From: Eledone cirrhosa
Lineage: Eukaryota
Direction: 5' to 3'
DNA: 64,000 nt
Assembly: GCA_964016885.1 (NCBI GenBank)
Contig: OZ024751.1
Coordinates: 29,140,001 to 29,204,000 of the forward strand
Position 1 is the stretch's first letter. Every line of letters starts with the position of its first letter. The position numbers and the translations under genes are program-made. Under the pieces are notes generated by a model. That model was not told where the DNA came from. It made no database searches and saw only the letters and a list, made by a program, of their open reading frames with translations. Positions 38,772 to 53,955 of this stretch are shown here, one piece after another.

Positions 38772-39301
38772 TATAAATATATATACCTTTTCCATCATAT
38801 TGTATATCATTGCCTCCCTCATTCTGTCTACTCTTACTACCCCTCAAACTATTACTACGATCACTAACACCACCAACTCCACCAATAATGCACTTTTCAT
38901 AATGCCCTGATCTCTCTTTCTCTCCCTCTCCCCTTCCCTCCTTCCTCTATCCCCTCTCCTCATCTCCCCTTCCCTCTCTTTTTCTCTCTCTTACCTTTGG
39001 AGCAGTTTCTTATTACTGAAGAGCAAATAAATAATGGTAACTTTTTAACCTGAAGGTCTTTGACAAATCAAGACTAAGTTACAAAATCTTGCCCTGATCA
39101 CTTCCATTGTTGCCTCATTCTTATCTCATTCTTTCAGCTTTTCCTTCCTTCAGTCCTTCTTTCACTCATTCACCCTTCTGCCTGGCAGCTGAGAAGGTAA
39201 TCACTACCTTATTCAAGGAAACACCTTATGGTCTTTGGGGGTTTTTAATGCCAGGTAATTATCAACTATCTGAATTAAATGACCACTACTCTCCATCACT
39301 G

Positions 39302-39356
<55 letters not shown>

Positions 39357-40132
39357 TGTGTGTGTCTGTGTGTGTGTGTATGTTCGTGTGCTTGTGTTAG
39401 TAAGAGAGAGAGTGTGTGTGTGTCGGTGTGTTAGTGTGTGATATGTTTAACAGCTGTTTCTTACCATTGCTGTGTGTGTCTGGTAGAGAGAGAGAGAGAG
39501 AGAGAGAGTGTGTGTGTGTATGTGAATGTTCAACAGCTGTTTCTTGCTACTGCTGTGTGTGTGTGTGTGTATATGCATGTGTATATTGTGCATGTCTGCT
39601 TGTATGTGTGTGTGATATGTTCAACAGCTGTTTTTTGCCACTGGCCAGAGCAGATTTCTGTTAGGACCAATCCTTCCTCCAGCTCTGGTCACTACAGTCT
39701 ACTCTAACTCTGACCATTGACCAGTTCCTGTGTTTTCACTCCTTTTCTTCTTCTCCCAGTTAAATATTACATTGAAATGAAGAGAGACAAAAGGAGATAG
39801 GAAATATATTTAATATCAAAAGTAGTTTTGTTGTTTTGGGGAGCTCTTGTCCTTGGAAACGAGGGTTGTCCAAGATAAGGTATACCAACTGATGCTTTAC
39901 CGATTCTGCCAATCCACTTATCCTCTGGACTTTTACTTCATTTATCACCCTTACCCCCCGCCAACATTAATAGATGGTGAAATTGAGCCTGGTGGGATGT
40001 GAACTCAGAACACAGAAGGGCTGAACAAATACCACAAGGCATCTTACCTGTGGCTCTAATGATTCAGTAATCCACCCCCATCCTTTTCACCTCCCTTGGC
40101 TGGTCCTTCATTTATCAAGTCCAGATTAATTA

Positions 40133-40318
40133 ATTGTTTCTACTTTTGGCACAAGGCCAGCAATTATCCAGTGCATTACTGGTACTTTATTTTATCGACC
40201 CCGTAAGGATGAAAGGCAAAGTTAACCTCGGCGGGATTTGAACTCAAACCATAAAGGGGCGTAACTCTTTGCTGCAAAGCATAGCGTCAGACCCTCTACC
40301 GATACTGCCAATCCACCA
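40133..40318 (-). mobile_element. Family A SINE, full length
   Basis: Reverse complement of the family A consensus; older fragments lie at 39880-40080. Confidence 0.88.
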
Positions 40319-40599
40319 ATGAAAGACAAATTTAGTTGGCCTTGCTGGGATTTGAACTCAAAGTCACAGAGAGCTGGAATAAATACTGAAAGTTGCTTTA
40401 TTATTATGTATGTGTGTGTGTGTATTAGCACATAATGTGTGTGTGCATGAGAGAGAATGAAAGGAGAGGGTGGGTGTGTGTGTGTAAGAAAGATAGTGTG
40501 AGTGTGTGTGTGTGTATGTCAGAGAGAGAGAGAGAGAGTGTATATAGAGAGAGGAATCGAGAGATAGTGAGTGTGTGTGTGTGAGAGTGAGAGAGGAAG

Positions 40600-41185
40600 A
40601 GAGAGATAGAGAGTGTGTGTGAGATAGAGTATAGAGAGATATATAGTGAGTGTGTGAGAGAGTAGAGAGTATAGAGAGAGTTATATAGTGAGTGTGTGGG
40701 AGAGTAGAGAGTATATATAGAGAGAGTTATATAGTGAGTGTGTGAGAGAGTAGAGAGTATATAGAGAGATATAGTGAGTGTGTGAGAGAGTAGAGAGTAT
40801 AGAGAGAGATATATAGTGAGTGAGTGAGAGAGTAGAGAGTATATAGAGAGATATATAGTGAGTGAGTGAGAGAGTAGAGAGTATATAGAGAGATATATAG
40901 TGAGTGAGTGAGAGAGTAGAGAGTATATAGAGAGATATATAGTGAGTGTGTGAGAGAGTAGAGAGTATATAGAGAGATATAGTGAGTGTGTGAGAGAGTA
41001 GAGAGTATATAGAGAGAGATATATAGTGAGTGTGTGAGAGAGTAGAGAGTATATAGAGAGATATAGTGAGTGTGTGAGAGAGTAGAGAGTATATAGAGAG
41101 AGATATATAGTGAGTGTGTGAGAGAGTAGAGAGTATATAGAGAGATATAGTGAGTGTGTGAGAGAGTAGAGAGTATAGAGAGAGG
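40600..41185. repeat. About 38-42 bp minisatellite built from GA/GT/TA microsatellite blocks, about 14 copies
   Basis: tatagtgagtg(t/a)gtgagagagtagagagtatatagagaga repeats. Confidence 0.9.
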
Positions 41186-41574
41186 AAGATGGAGATAGTG
41201 ATGTTTATTAGTGTTGTATTAGGTTGGATCCTTGGATCTTGTCCGTTCCTAATATGGAGTTTCCAGATTCCAGATGTTGTCCTGGAATACAGGAAACATA
41301 TTAGGGAAGTTAAGACTTCCGAGATCTCCTCTGGAGGAGCAGGAGGAGGAGCAGTTGAAAAGAAGGTCTTTTCCTCTTTTATCTTAATTAAAATAGCTAA
41401 CATACACATAGACATACACTCGGCCACACATACACACATACATATACATATATACACACACTCTGCCACAAACACACACACACACACACATATATATATA
41501 CACATACACACATACACATATACACACCCACACCGCCACATATACATATACACACATGTACACACACACTCTGC

Positions 41575-41608
<34 letters not shown>

Positions 41609-41771
41609 CATCTATACACACATATACAGACACACACATATGCATACATGCACTTGCACCCACACAATTACACTAACACACTCAAATTTCAAATATATAA
41701 ATATATATATATATGTGTGTGTGTATGTATATATATATTTATATATGCATGTATGTTTATATATGGTTATG

Positions 41772-41831
<60 letters not shown>

Positions 41832-42256
41832 TGTGTGTGTGTACATATATATGTGTATGTGCATGAATAAAATTTAGAATAAAATTTCTTGTGATTAAAT
41901 TATTTTATTTTTATGATTGAATTAAATTTTATTTTTTCCCTCAATTGTTGATAATCCTTAAAGAACTGAATGTGGTTTAATAGTTTTAGAAGTTCCTCTT
42001 GAGATCCTCAACTATTTGATCAGGGGGGGGGTGTCATTGTGGGTAGAGGGTGGGTGTTAGGCTAGTGTGAGTGGGTGGGTTGAGGTTTGGTGTGTCTGTG
42101 TGTGTGTGTGTGTGCGTAGACATTTGGTGTGTGCATGGATAGGTGTTAGTGTGTGTAGGGCAGAGGTTTGATGTGGGAGGTGGGTGTTGGTGTTGTTGTT
42201 TGTGTTATGTTATTGATGTTGCTGTTGTTGTCATAGGGTAGAGTTTGAGCTTTAGA

Positions 42257-42296
<40 letters not shown>

Positions 42297-43046
42297 AGAC
42301 ATTTGGTGTGTGCATGGATAGGTGTTAGTGTGTGTAGGGCAGAGGTTTGATGTGGGTGGTGGGTGTTGGTGTTGTTGTTTGTGTGATTTTGTTGTCATAA
42401 GTTAAGAGATGAGTTGTTGTTGTTGCTGTTGTCATAAGTTAAGAGACTAGTTCTATTTGTTTGTTATCTAGTTTTAATGGACAAACACAATTGAAAAAAA
42501 AAATATTGGAAACAAATCGTAATAACCCACATATGTATGTGTGTTTGTGCGTGTGTATGCATGTGTTATTGGTTTTGTACATGTGTGTGTGTTTATGTAG
42601 GTGTTTGTGTGTTTACATGTTTTTGTATTATTGGGTGTCTTTTTTGTATGTATGTTTGTGTATTTAAGTGTTTTTTAATGTTTTTTCAGTGTGTTGTCAT
42701 GTGTCTGATTTATTTATGTGTACTATTCTATGTGTATTTTTCTCTGTGTGTAACTTTGTGTGTATGTTTGTGTGTGTGTTTGTTTGTGTGTGTGTATTTT
42801 TCTATGTGTGTATGTTTGTGTATGTGTGTTGCACAGTGTCATGTTCATAGTCGGTTTATGTGTTCCAGGTAATTCAACATGGCTGCCTCTCTTCCAGGAA
42901 ATGTAGCTACTGTTTGGGGTTTTATTAGTGATGAAAGTTTCTCATCTTGCATCTCGTTACCATTAGTGTTAGATGTGTTTCTTAATCAAGATACTGATTC
43001 CTGTATTATTGTTGGTGAGGAGGTAGTCACTATTACTATCATTATT

Positions 43047-43330
43047 GTGGATTGGCAGTATCGGTAGAGGGTCGGACGCCATGCTTTCCAGCATAGTTAC
43101 ATCCCTTTATGGTCTGAGTTCAAATCCCGCCGAGATTGACTTTGCCTTTCATCCTTACGGGGTCGATAAAATAAAGTACCAGTAATGCACTGGGGTAATT
43201 GCTGGCCTTGTGCCTAAAGTAGAAACAATTATTATTAGTAGGGTGGTGGATTGGCAGTATCGGTAGAGGGATGGATGCCAGGCTTTGCAGCATAGAGTTA
43301 TGGCCCTTTATGTTCTATGTTCAAATCCTG
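43047..43330 (+). mobile_element. Family A SINE followed by a second, 3'-truncated copy
   Basis: Two gtggattggcagtatcggtagagg heads, near 43047 and 43246. Confidence 0.88.
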
Positions 43331-43409
43331 GGCTTCACTAGGCATAAAATGACCAAAAAATGCCATATGTTACTATAGCACCCCTATGACTCCACCAGGA
43401 ATCATTGGA

Positions 43410-44035
43410 CCATACCATGCCATGCCATACCATACCATGATATGCCATACCATGCCATACTATACCATGCCATACTATGCCATACTATACCATGCCATAC
43501 TATACCATACCCTACCATGCCATACTATGCCATACTATACCATGCCATACTATGCCATACTATACCATGCCATACTATACCATACCCTACCATGCCATGC
43601 CATACTATGCCATGATATGATATGCCATATCATGCCATGCCATATCATACCATGCCATGATAGGCCATACTATTCCATGCCATGCCATGATATACTATAT
43701 CATACTATACCATGCTATACCATACTATTCTATACCATACCATTCCATACCATACCGTACCATACCATACCATACCATTCTATACCATACCATTCCATGC
43801 CATGCCATACCATACCGTACCATACCATTCCATACCATACCATTCCATGCCATGCCATACCGTACCATACCATACCATTCCATACCATATCATACCATAC
43901 CATACCATACCATTCCATGCCATACCATATCATACCATACCATACCATACCATTCCATTCCATGCCATGCCATACCATACCATACCATTCCATACCAAAC
44001 CATACCATGATATACCATACCATTCCATACCATAC
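43410..44035. repeat. (CCATA/CCATG)n pentanucleotide tract
   Basis: Direct inspection. Confidence 0.95.
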
Positions 44036-44119
44036 TAGATATTATAAAACAAACAGTTTTGTATAATAGAACCTGAGGCGGGTTTCAGGCAGTTTGGTAT
44101 CAAAGGGGCTAAACCACAC

Positions 44120-45370
44120 ATCCACATTTTCGACTTTGCTGTAGAATATATAACATATGGTGTAATGAAATCAATAAGAATCCAGCACATTCTACCATTT
44201 TTCTTTATTATTTGGCCTCACTATTTCTATTACATGGTCAGTTTGCACAGCTAAAAAAAAATCCCACAGGATGTTCCAACTGACATTTTCCATACCAGAT
44301 TCTATCTAGTGTTCGGTATCATTTTCATTTGAATTGAATCTAAATTTCCTTCTTATTTCTCAGTATCTCTATCTATCTATCTTTCTTCTTCCCCTCTGCC
44401 TTCTCTTCCTCTGTCTCCTCCTCCTCTCATGCCATGTATTCTATATTCTATTCCTGCCATCATGCTACACTCACTTTACTATATGCTGGATATTTTTGTT
44501 CGTTCTTACTTTACCACATATCTGACACATAACTATCTTCCTGGTTTCTGTCTATGTTTTTAACTCAAACAGAATTTGTTCCAGTTGCTTCTTCTTGTGC
44601 AGTCGTATTCAAAGTTTTTAGATTTCATTCTTCAGTCCTCCATTTTTTAAAACCCAGAATCCCACAATTCTTCTTCTCTTCTGTAACTCTGACAAACTCT
44701 CCACTTCACCTTCTTATATTGATAATATCGCATTTGTAGGCAGCAATGTGGCAGACTCATTAAAATGTTAGATAGTGTACATTGTGGTATTTGTTCTGGC
44801 TCCCTGAGTTCAAATCCCACCAAGGTCAACTTTGCCTTTCATCCATTCGAGGTCGATAAAAACGGTACTTGGGTCAATTCTCTCTCTCTCTCTCTCTCAA
44901 TCCTCCTCTGAAATAAACCTGTTGTATTTAGACCTGGAGAAGGATGGGCTCTGCCAAGTTTTTTTTTTTTTAATGCACATGATATGCCATACCCTACTTC
45001 TTGACCAGGGGTTACAGAACCATCCATCCATATCCATCCATTTAGATCTGGAGAGGAGATGGGGCTCTACCAGGTTTTAAAATTGCCCTAGAAACACTGT
45101 ATCTCAATACAGTTCCCCTATGACTCCCTCCATAATTATGGGACCATTCATTTATGCATGCATACCTCATTTCCTTGTCTCTGGTTATCAGTAATCATCT
45201 TCATGTAAGATTTTTTAGTGTCTCTAGTTTTTAAAACACTTGCAGGAGTCAGCTTCACAAGCTGTAAAGTTTATCTACTCCTTTTCTATATATCAAGCAA
45301 GGCCTCTTCCCTGATCTTATCAGGGTTCTGCCTTCTTTCCTGTTTACTCAAATTTTGGTTTTTCCCACAT
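44120..45370 (-). mobile_element. Decayed R4/Dong-type non-LTR retrotransposon (CCHC knuckle plus restriction-like endonuclease), interrupted at about 44738-45150 by SINE-like repeats
   Basis: Minus-strand frameshifted fragments CQICGK..NIQHIV.ECSMMA.EY and ENVSWNILWDF..VQTDHVIE..RP..C..LIDF..P match the CCHC and ILWDF.IQTD..RPD..IID motifs of R4-clade elements. Confidence 0.7.
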
Positions 45371-45663
45371 TTCCAAGTTCTGTTTCATCACAGCTTAATG
45401 GCCATTTTCCCACACTAGCAAGAGTTAGATGAGTTGTCCTGTTGTGAGATTGGCCAGGTCATGTGACCATGTCTTGTTCATACAGTACTGATATGTGTAT
45501 ATCACCATCATCATCATCGTTTAACGTCCATCTTCCACGCTAGCATACACACACACACACATATATATATACACACACACACACATATATAGACCTACAT
45601 GTTTGTGTACATGCACAAATAATTATTTATGACTCGAGAAACATCTACATGGAATTAGGTATG

Positions 45664-45695
<32 letters not shown>

Positions 45696-45786
45696 CACTC
45701 ACATATCCTAGTACATGTCTATATATACAGTTGTATATGTGTATGTATATATATAAATATATATATATATATACATACATACATAC

Positions 45787-45937
<151 letters not shown>

Positions 45938-45952
45938 CATATATATATATAT

Positions 45953-46045
<93 letters not shown>

Positions 46046-46159
46046 CATACATACACATATATATATATATATATACATACATACACATATATATATATAC
46101 ATACATACACATATGTATATATATACATACATATATATATATATATATATACATACATA

Positions 46160-46211
<52 letters not shown>

Positions 46212-46375
46212 TGAATGGCTGAGTAAGAAATGAAATGATTGATCTAATTTGCAAAGAAATCAGAAAAAGTCCAAGGAAGAAATGGCCTGGAAGTCATCCA
46301 GGGAGGACAAGGCAGAGGAGGATGTTGAGGAAGGGGGGGGGGGGGGGCATGGGAGGAAATGAGGAATTAAAAAAT

Positions 46376-46407
<32 letters not shown>

Positions 46408-46636
46408 GAAAGATTAAAAAATATAATTCACTAGTAAAAAAAAAATGGAGCATAAGCAACAGAAGAAGGAAGTGTAAAGAAAAGTGAAGCATGCTGGGAG
46501 TTGGATGAAAATGAAGCAATAACAATGAAGAAAATGTTTAAATAAAAATACAAAATAAAATGAAATAAAATCAACAAAACTTGTATTTCATCCCTATACA
46601 CAACATTTTAGACACATTTTCTTCACCATGTGTGTT

Positions 46637-46683
<47 letters not shown>

Positions 46684-47239
46684 TTTTATGTAATTTTATT
46701 TTTTAATAATTTCTGGTATTTTTTCTTCTCTCCATATATATTTGTATTTTGAGTTTCATTTTTTTTTTTATTAATCTTATTTATTTAATTTATTTTCTGC
46801 GGTCTCAATTTATTTTATTTATTTTATTTTATTTTTTGTTTGTGTCTGTTATTCATTTCGTTTCTTTTACATCTTTTATTTATGTGTTGCGTTTTTGTAC
46901 CTCCATCTTAAAGAAGTAAGATTGATGGTGGATATAATCTAATGTTCCCTCATATCACTCTTACATTTATTAAAACCATTTAGAATTTCACTGATGCATG
47001 TTCCTTTAAGCTTCCTTGGTCTTTGTTCTCCAAAAATGTATCTTGATAAAGTCTGCAAGTGGTGGAACAGTGGAACTTCTTTTGAAAGACGCTTTTTCTT
47101 TTTTAATTTTTCTTATTTTTTTTTTCACCCTTTTTCTTTTCTATTTTGAATTACATATTTTGAAAATACTTACACATACTCATACACACGTATACTTAAA
47201 TATGTACATGTATCATCATCATCATCATTTTACGTCTGC

Positions 47240-47270
<31 letters not shown>

Positions 47271-47659
47271 ACCTGTAACTATGTATAGACAGATTTATGT
47301 AATATATGTATATTAGAAGAAAATATAGATATGAAAATATAATTTATGTATTGTTTACATGCATTTAGTGCATGTATACACTTTTTTTTATAATACACTG
47401 AGACAATCTACCAATGTGTGTGAGTGCGTCTGTGTGTGTATGTGTATATATATATATTTATATTTATATTTATATACATACACATAGACATACATATGTC
47501 CAAACCAGGCAAGCCTGGAAAAGCAACCGCAAAACGATGATGATGATGATGGATGATATATATTTGTATATGTGTATGTATATGTGTATATGAATATATA
47601 AGTAACTTTGTCCATGCTAATATTTAGTGTCGTTATTATCTTTATACCATCCCACATAA

Positions 47660-47709
<50 letters not shown>

Positions 47710-48016
47710 TTGTTATCTTCCTTGTTATTGTTATTATTGTCTGTCAGTGTTGTTGTTATTAGATGTACTCTCTGTTATGTTCTGTTAGTATTGTTTCTGT
47801 TGTTGATGTTGTTCTTGTTGCTACTGTTGTTATTCTTGTCAGTTCAAAAGACTTGACTAAACACAATTATAACCAAATTACCCCCCCCCCCCCTCTCCAA
47901 TACCTCTGATTTTTTTCTAACGGGGAGGGGAAAAAAATGAGAACAACTATATATTTTTTAGTCCTGTTTTCTAATTTAGTTTTTTTCTTAAAGTATTTTT
48001 TCCATCTTCGCCTCTA

Positions 48017-48138
<122 letters not shown>

Positions 48139-48500
48139 CCACACAGTAAATAACAATAAATAATCTTCCATGACCACCATAAACAGTATTTTCAGTACCA
48201 CTGCCACCACCACAACCACCCCTAACAAACATAACCGTCACCTTGCCAACACCACCATCACAACCATCACCAACACTTTCATTACTACCACCACCACCAA
48301 CAACAACAAACATCGTCTTCAACCCCACTATCACTGTCGCCCCCATCATAACTACCACCAACAACTGCCACTAGCTCTGCTGTCACTCCCATAACACCCC
48401 CCCTCCCCAACAAACATAACCATCACTAACACCTTCATTACCACCACCACCACCACCACCACTAACAACAAACATCTTCGACCCCACTAGCCCTGCCATT

Positions 48501-48680
48501 ACCATCATAACCACTACCACCACAACCATTGCCCTCATAACCACTACCACCACAACCATTACCCTCATAACCACTACCACCACAACCATTGCCCTCATAA
48601 CCACTACCACCACAACCATTACCCTCATAACCACTACCACCACAACCATTACCCTCATAACCACTACCACCACAACCATC
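48501..48680. repeat. 30-bp minisatellite, 6 copies
   Basis: (a/g)ccctcataaccactaccaccacaaccatt repeats. Confidence 0.9.
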
Positions 48681-49264
48681 ACCAACAAACATCTTCAATC
48701 CTACCAACACATCCACCACCACCGCTACCACTACCATCTCAGCAGACATCATCAACAGCGCTACCACTGCCACCACTATGAACACCCTATGTACAACGTC
48801 CATCACCAATACCATATCAACCCCTGTGACCATTCTACCCCCTCCCCCCTCCTACTCAGCTTATGCACCTGCAACCTCCATATCCAAGCTTCTGACCATC
48901 TTTGCCCAGTTCATCTTACTCAAATCACTTTGTCTGCCCTCGTCTCTCTTTGTCTCTCTCTGTCTCTCTCTGTCTCTCTGTCTCTCCCTGTCTCTCTCTG
49001 TCTCTCTTTGTCTCTCTCTGTCCAGATAGTGGATATACAGAAAAAACACAAATGGTGTGCAATAGTTATATTGATTGGAAAGAAGAAAAGTATCTGATGT
49101 TTCAGGTTAAGCCCTTTATTGAAGTAGAGTAAGAGGAGAAAAGGGTATGGGTGAAATAAGCAAAGTATTATAACAATATCGGTATATATATATATGTATA
49201 TATATTAACATCGTCGTTTAATGCATGCTAACCCTGCTAGCTAAGGTTTGACTATATATGTGTG

Positions 49265-49328
<64 letters not shown>

Positions 49329-49339
49329 TACATATATAC

Positions 49340-49910
49340 ATACATGGTGGCTGCCAACTCGGTTTCGAGTACGGCCACTACTGTATATCCATGTAGGAGA
49401 ACTCCTACCAATGCGCTGAACGAGTGTGGCTTTTTAGTCCAGCCAGCGACTTGAAAACTCTGGTACAAACACTACACTTGTGACAATTATTGGCACATAG
49501 TGCTGGGCCCATGGTACCATGTGACGACAAGTGCAGAGAGATCTCCAGAGATAAAGCAATGCCTGTGCCGTGAAGCTTTTATAGTGGGCAAAGGCACTGC
49601 ACAAAGCCAGTCCCACTCTCTTAACCAAGATGATATTTACCAAAAAGAAGAACAAGTCAACATCATTGGATATCATCAGAGTTGCAGGTGTTATATCAGA
49701 GTTTTCCTTCTCTTAGAATTCTGCCTTGACAAAGGCTAAGGGGTCATCTCTGCCGGTGATTTTGGATGGCCATTGACTCTTAAGAGCTCCTTTGCCCTTT
49801 GACAGGTTTTGTTTTTATTCCTGCACGATGTCCAAAGTCGGGTGACTTTGGACATCGTGCAGTTTGTGAAGGTGTAACGGGGACCCAAAACGGCAGAAGT
49901 CTTCACCACT
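49340..49910 (-). mobile_element. RTE-like LINE 5' region remnant
   Basis: Minus strand has tagcctttgtcaaggcagaattctaagagaaggaaaactctgat, similar to the conserved 5' block of RTE elements; homologous to 38130-38440. Confidence 0.6.
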
Positions 49911-50552
49911 ACATTTTAATGTGAAAACCTTGTGTTTTTGCTGGTTAGGTTATCAGGTGTCACGACTTCAGGTTGGCATTTGGTTTAGGATGTTTGCTAA
50001 GTGATTTGTGGTCTGATAGGAGCAATAGCAGTCATATTTACGTATGTTAATCTAAACTGGTTATTTATCGTTTATTGTTGTTTTATTAAATTTTGAGCTC
50101 TGTAGTTTGTACCTTAACAGTCCATAACGTAGTATAACTGAGATTGAAAAATCATTCCACCTTCAGGATTATTGATTGACCAAGGATAGTGATTAGCATT
50201 GAGCTTCTCTAATGTTTACCAGGACATATATTGATAAACGCCAATATAACTTAACATATATATTTTTTTCTCTCTCTTCGAGTTGCTCACACATGTGTTT
50301 CGGGTTTCCCTCTTCGGTTTGTTGTTTCCCGTTTTTTTTCACTGTTGTTTTTTTCTTTTTCTTCCCTTTTCCTTCTGTTATATATATTTTTTCTCTCTCT
50401 CCCCTTTTTTTCCCAATAACTAACTTCAGCTATTGATGCACTGGGGTGAGATATCTTGTCTTTAATGTGTAGAAATATCCAGGACCCCCCCCCCCCCCGG
50501 GAGACAACTGAAGAAGGGAAATTTTCCCCTGTTTATGCTTCTTATTTGTATA

Positions 50553-50651
<99 letters not shown>

Positions 50652-51031
50652 TAAGAGTAAATTTTACTCATTTACTAGATGTTTTATTAGTTCAATGCAA
50701 TGATAGGATCCTGCAGAGCTGTTATGTAGTTATGATTTGCTATATGTAGCATAACTTGAGTAGAAACAATTGTCAGTTATCAAATGCCTTAAACTCTTAT
50801 ATTCTTTAGTTTGTAAACAAAGTGTAACTATATATATATGTATATATATATATGGTTGGTGACCCACACTGTAAATATGGTTGGTGTTAGGAAGGGCATC
50901 CAACTGTAGAAAACCTGCCAGACAGTCCTATGCGAGCAAGACAATCACTCGTGCCTCAAGTGGGAATACCCCCGTCCAAACCCATGCAAGCGTGGAACAC
51001 GGACGTTAAACGTTGATGATGATGATGATGA

Positions 51032-51123
<92 letters not shown>

Positions 51124-52154
51124 CCATGCTAGTGTAAAAAAATGTCCGTTAAAAAGTGAAGATGATGATAAAGATATATATATGTATACACACTGTGGAG
51201 TATTATGATTCTCATGTTATCTATTTATGTATGTGTATATCTATTCTTATAATACACCAAAATGGTGGTAAATCCCAATGGGTAATTAATGATACAGGGA
51301 TGTTTCTGTTTGTCTGTTTTGTTCCACCCTTTCATTGTCTGGTGTTATAGCTCTATGTTCGGATTTCAACATATATATAAGTGATCTAATATTTCATGTA
51401 TCTGTGTGCCAGTGTGTGTGTGTGTGTGTATATATACATATATAGATGTGTGTGTGTGTGTTTATATATATATATATATGTATATGTGTGTGCATATATG
51501 TATATATGTGTGCGTATGTATGTATATATGTTTGTGTGTATATATATTGATATATATATGTATATATGTATGTGTTTGTGTATATGTGCATGTATATATA
51601 TATGTGTGTGTATGTGTGTTTATACACATATGTGTGTGTGTGCATGTATGGGCAGACATATGCCCACACATGTGCTGGCTGTTGTTTTAACAAGTTTTTT
51701 GTAGATATTCACGGAATGTTTTCCAATGTATTCTTTGGTGACCCAAAAGGTCAAAGACCCTTCAAATTATTGCCCTCTGATCTTGCTGAATTGCTCCCTT
51801 TAGGGAGTCAAATCACTTTGCTAATAGGTTCCACATTGTCTTATTCCTTAATCCCTTAATGAGAGATGAGACCCCCCCCCCCTCCCCCCTACAGGCATAG
51901 CCTTGGAGAAATAAAAAAGCCATTATACACACACACAAACATATATATATATATATGCATATGTATATATATGCATATGTATATATATAAAATGTATGTT
52001 CATACACGGAACATATGTATATATATCTATATATACGTTTATGCATATTTATATATATATATTATATACATATATATATGTATATTATTCCATATATATA
52101 TATACATATAATTTTATATATATATTTGTGTGTGTGTATGTCTATATATATGTG

Positions 52155-52193
<39 letters not shown>

Positions 52194-52268
52194 GTGTGTG
52201 TATGTCTATATATATATGTGTGTGTATGTCTATATATATATGTGTGTGTGTGTTTGTATATATATATA

Positions 52269-52328
<60 letters not shown>

Positions 52329-53356
52329 CATATATACACACAAAAATATCTGTCTTAAGAGAAGGCAGTTGTTTTCTTGTTTTTTACTTGATATTTTGGT
52401 CTGTCTGTTCACCTTTGTGATTTTCTTTCAAACTCTGGCTAATTTCATGAAAAACATAACCAAAACTACAATGAAAAACAAATAAAATAGAAACTGGATA
52501 TGAGACTAAAGATGGTGGTGGTGATGGTGGTGGATGTGGTGATGGTTGTGGTGGTGGTGGTGGTGGTGGTGGTGGTAGTGATGTTGATGGTGGTAGTTGT
52601 AGTTGTGGTGGTGGTGGTGGTGAGGGTTGTAGTGGTGATGATGGTGGGGTATGTGGGATGGTGGTGATGTTGATGGTTGTAGTTGTAGTGGGGATGATCG
52701 TGGTGGTGGTGGTGGTGGTGGTAGTTGTAGTGGTGGTTGTGGATGTGGTGGTGGTGGTAGTTGTAGGGTGATGATGGTTGTGGCTGTAGTTGTGGTGGTG
52801 TTGATGACAATCAACATCACTATCATCATCATCATCATCATCTTTGAATATTTTTGATGATGAGGATAATGATGATGTTCATGGTTTTTTTTTTTAATAT
52901 TGAAAATATGATGTATCTTCGTTTTGTTCTTTATTTTGTTTTGTTACCCCCCCTCCTCCCCCCTCTCTCTCTCCCACCCCCATTCCTCCCATTTCTCTCT
53001 CCCCTCCCTCTTCGTTTTCTCTTCTCTTTCTTCTGAGAATAAAAATACACGAAACAAAGTCCCAGAAAAATGGTTTAATATTCAAGAAGAATAAGAAAGA
53101 ATCTTGTAGAAAACTTCCCAAAATAACAAAAAGAAAAAAAGAAGCAAAACCATATAAACAAAAAACAAACAAAAAAAACACCTATCCCCTAATTGGTCTG
53201 TTGTTTGGGAAAATGGTAGAGTCAGACGTTGCTTGATTTAACCAAAATATCAGGAAAGTTCTCTGGAGTATTTCAGACTGTTGTAGTTCCTTTTTTTAAA
53301 ATTTCATTATATTTTATTATTGTTATCATTATTATAAGGAATGGGAGAGTGAAAAG

Positions 53357-53955
53357 GGCGGTGGTTTGGCAGTATCAGTAGAGGGCCGGACGCCATGCTT
53401 TGCAGCATAGAGTTATGGCCCTTTATGTTCTGAGTTCAAATCCCGCCGAGGTTAATTTCGCCTTTCATCCTTACAGGTTCGATAAAATAAAGTACCAGTC
53501 ATGTACTGCGGTCGATTTAATCGACTTTCCCCTCCTCCAAAATTACTGGCTTTGTGCCTATATAAGAAACCATTAGGGTTGGACGCCATGCTTTCTAGCA
53601 TAGTTACGTCCCTTTACGGTCTGAGTTCAAATCCCACCGAGGTTTACTTTGCCTTTCATCCTTACGGGGTCGATAAAATAAAGTACCAGTAATGTACTGG
53701 GTAATTGCTGGCCTTGTGCCTAAAGTAGAAACAATTATTATTGTTAGAGGGCGGTGGATTGGCAGTATCGGTCAACATGCTTCATGACATAGAGTTACGG
53801 CCCTTTACGTTCTGTGTTCAAATCCCGCCATGGTTAGCTTTGCCTTTCTTCCTTACAGGGTTGACATAATAAAGCACCAGTCACATGCTGGGGTCAATTT
53901 AATCGACTTTCCTCTCCCCTTCAAATTGCTGGCCTTGTGCCTAAATCAGAAATCA
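53357..53955 (+). mobile_element. Three head-to-tail family A SINE copies (long, short, long forms)
   Basis: B-box gttcaaatccc near 53433, 53624 and 53816; inverted family A pieces follow at 54300-54556. Confidence 0.88.

Noticed and set aside
49026-49105. Apparent exon DSGYTEKTQMVCNSYIDWKEEKYLMFQ
   Set aside because: The acceptor tract is a (CT)n microsatellite, and the 3' part reads on the minus strand as a decayed Penelope-type hammerhead (aagggcttaacctgaaacatc). It is not excluded, but unsupported.
50507-50532. CTGAAGA followed by a short hairpin
   Set aside because: No GAAA or cleavage triplet follows, so it is not a complete hammerhead; ctgatga at 59119 and 59239 fails the same test.
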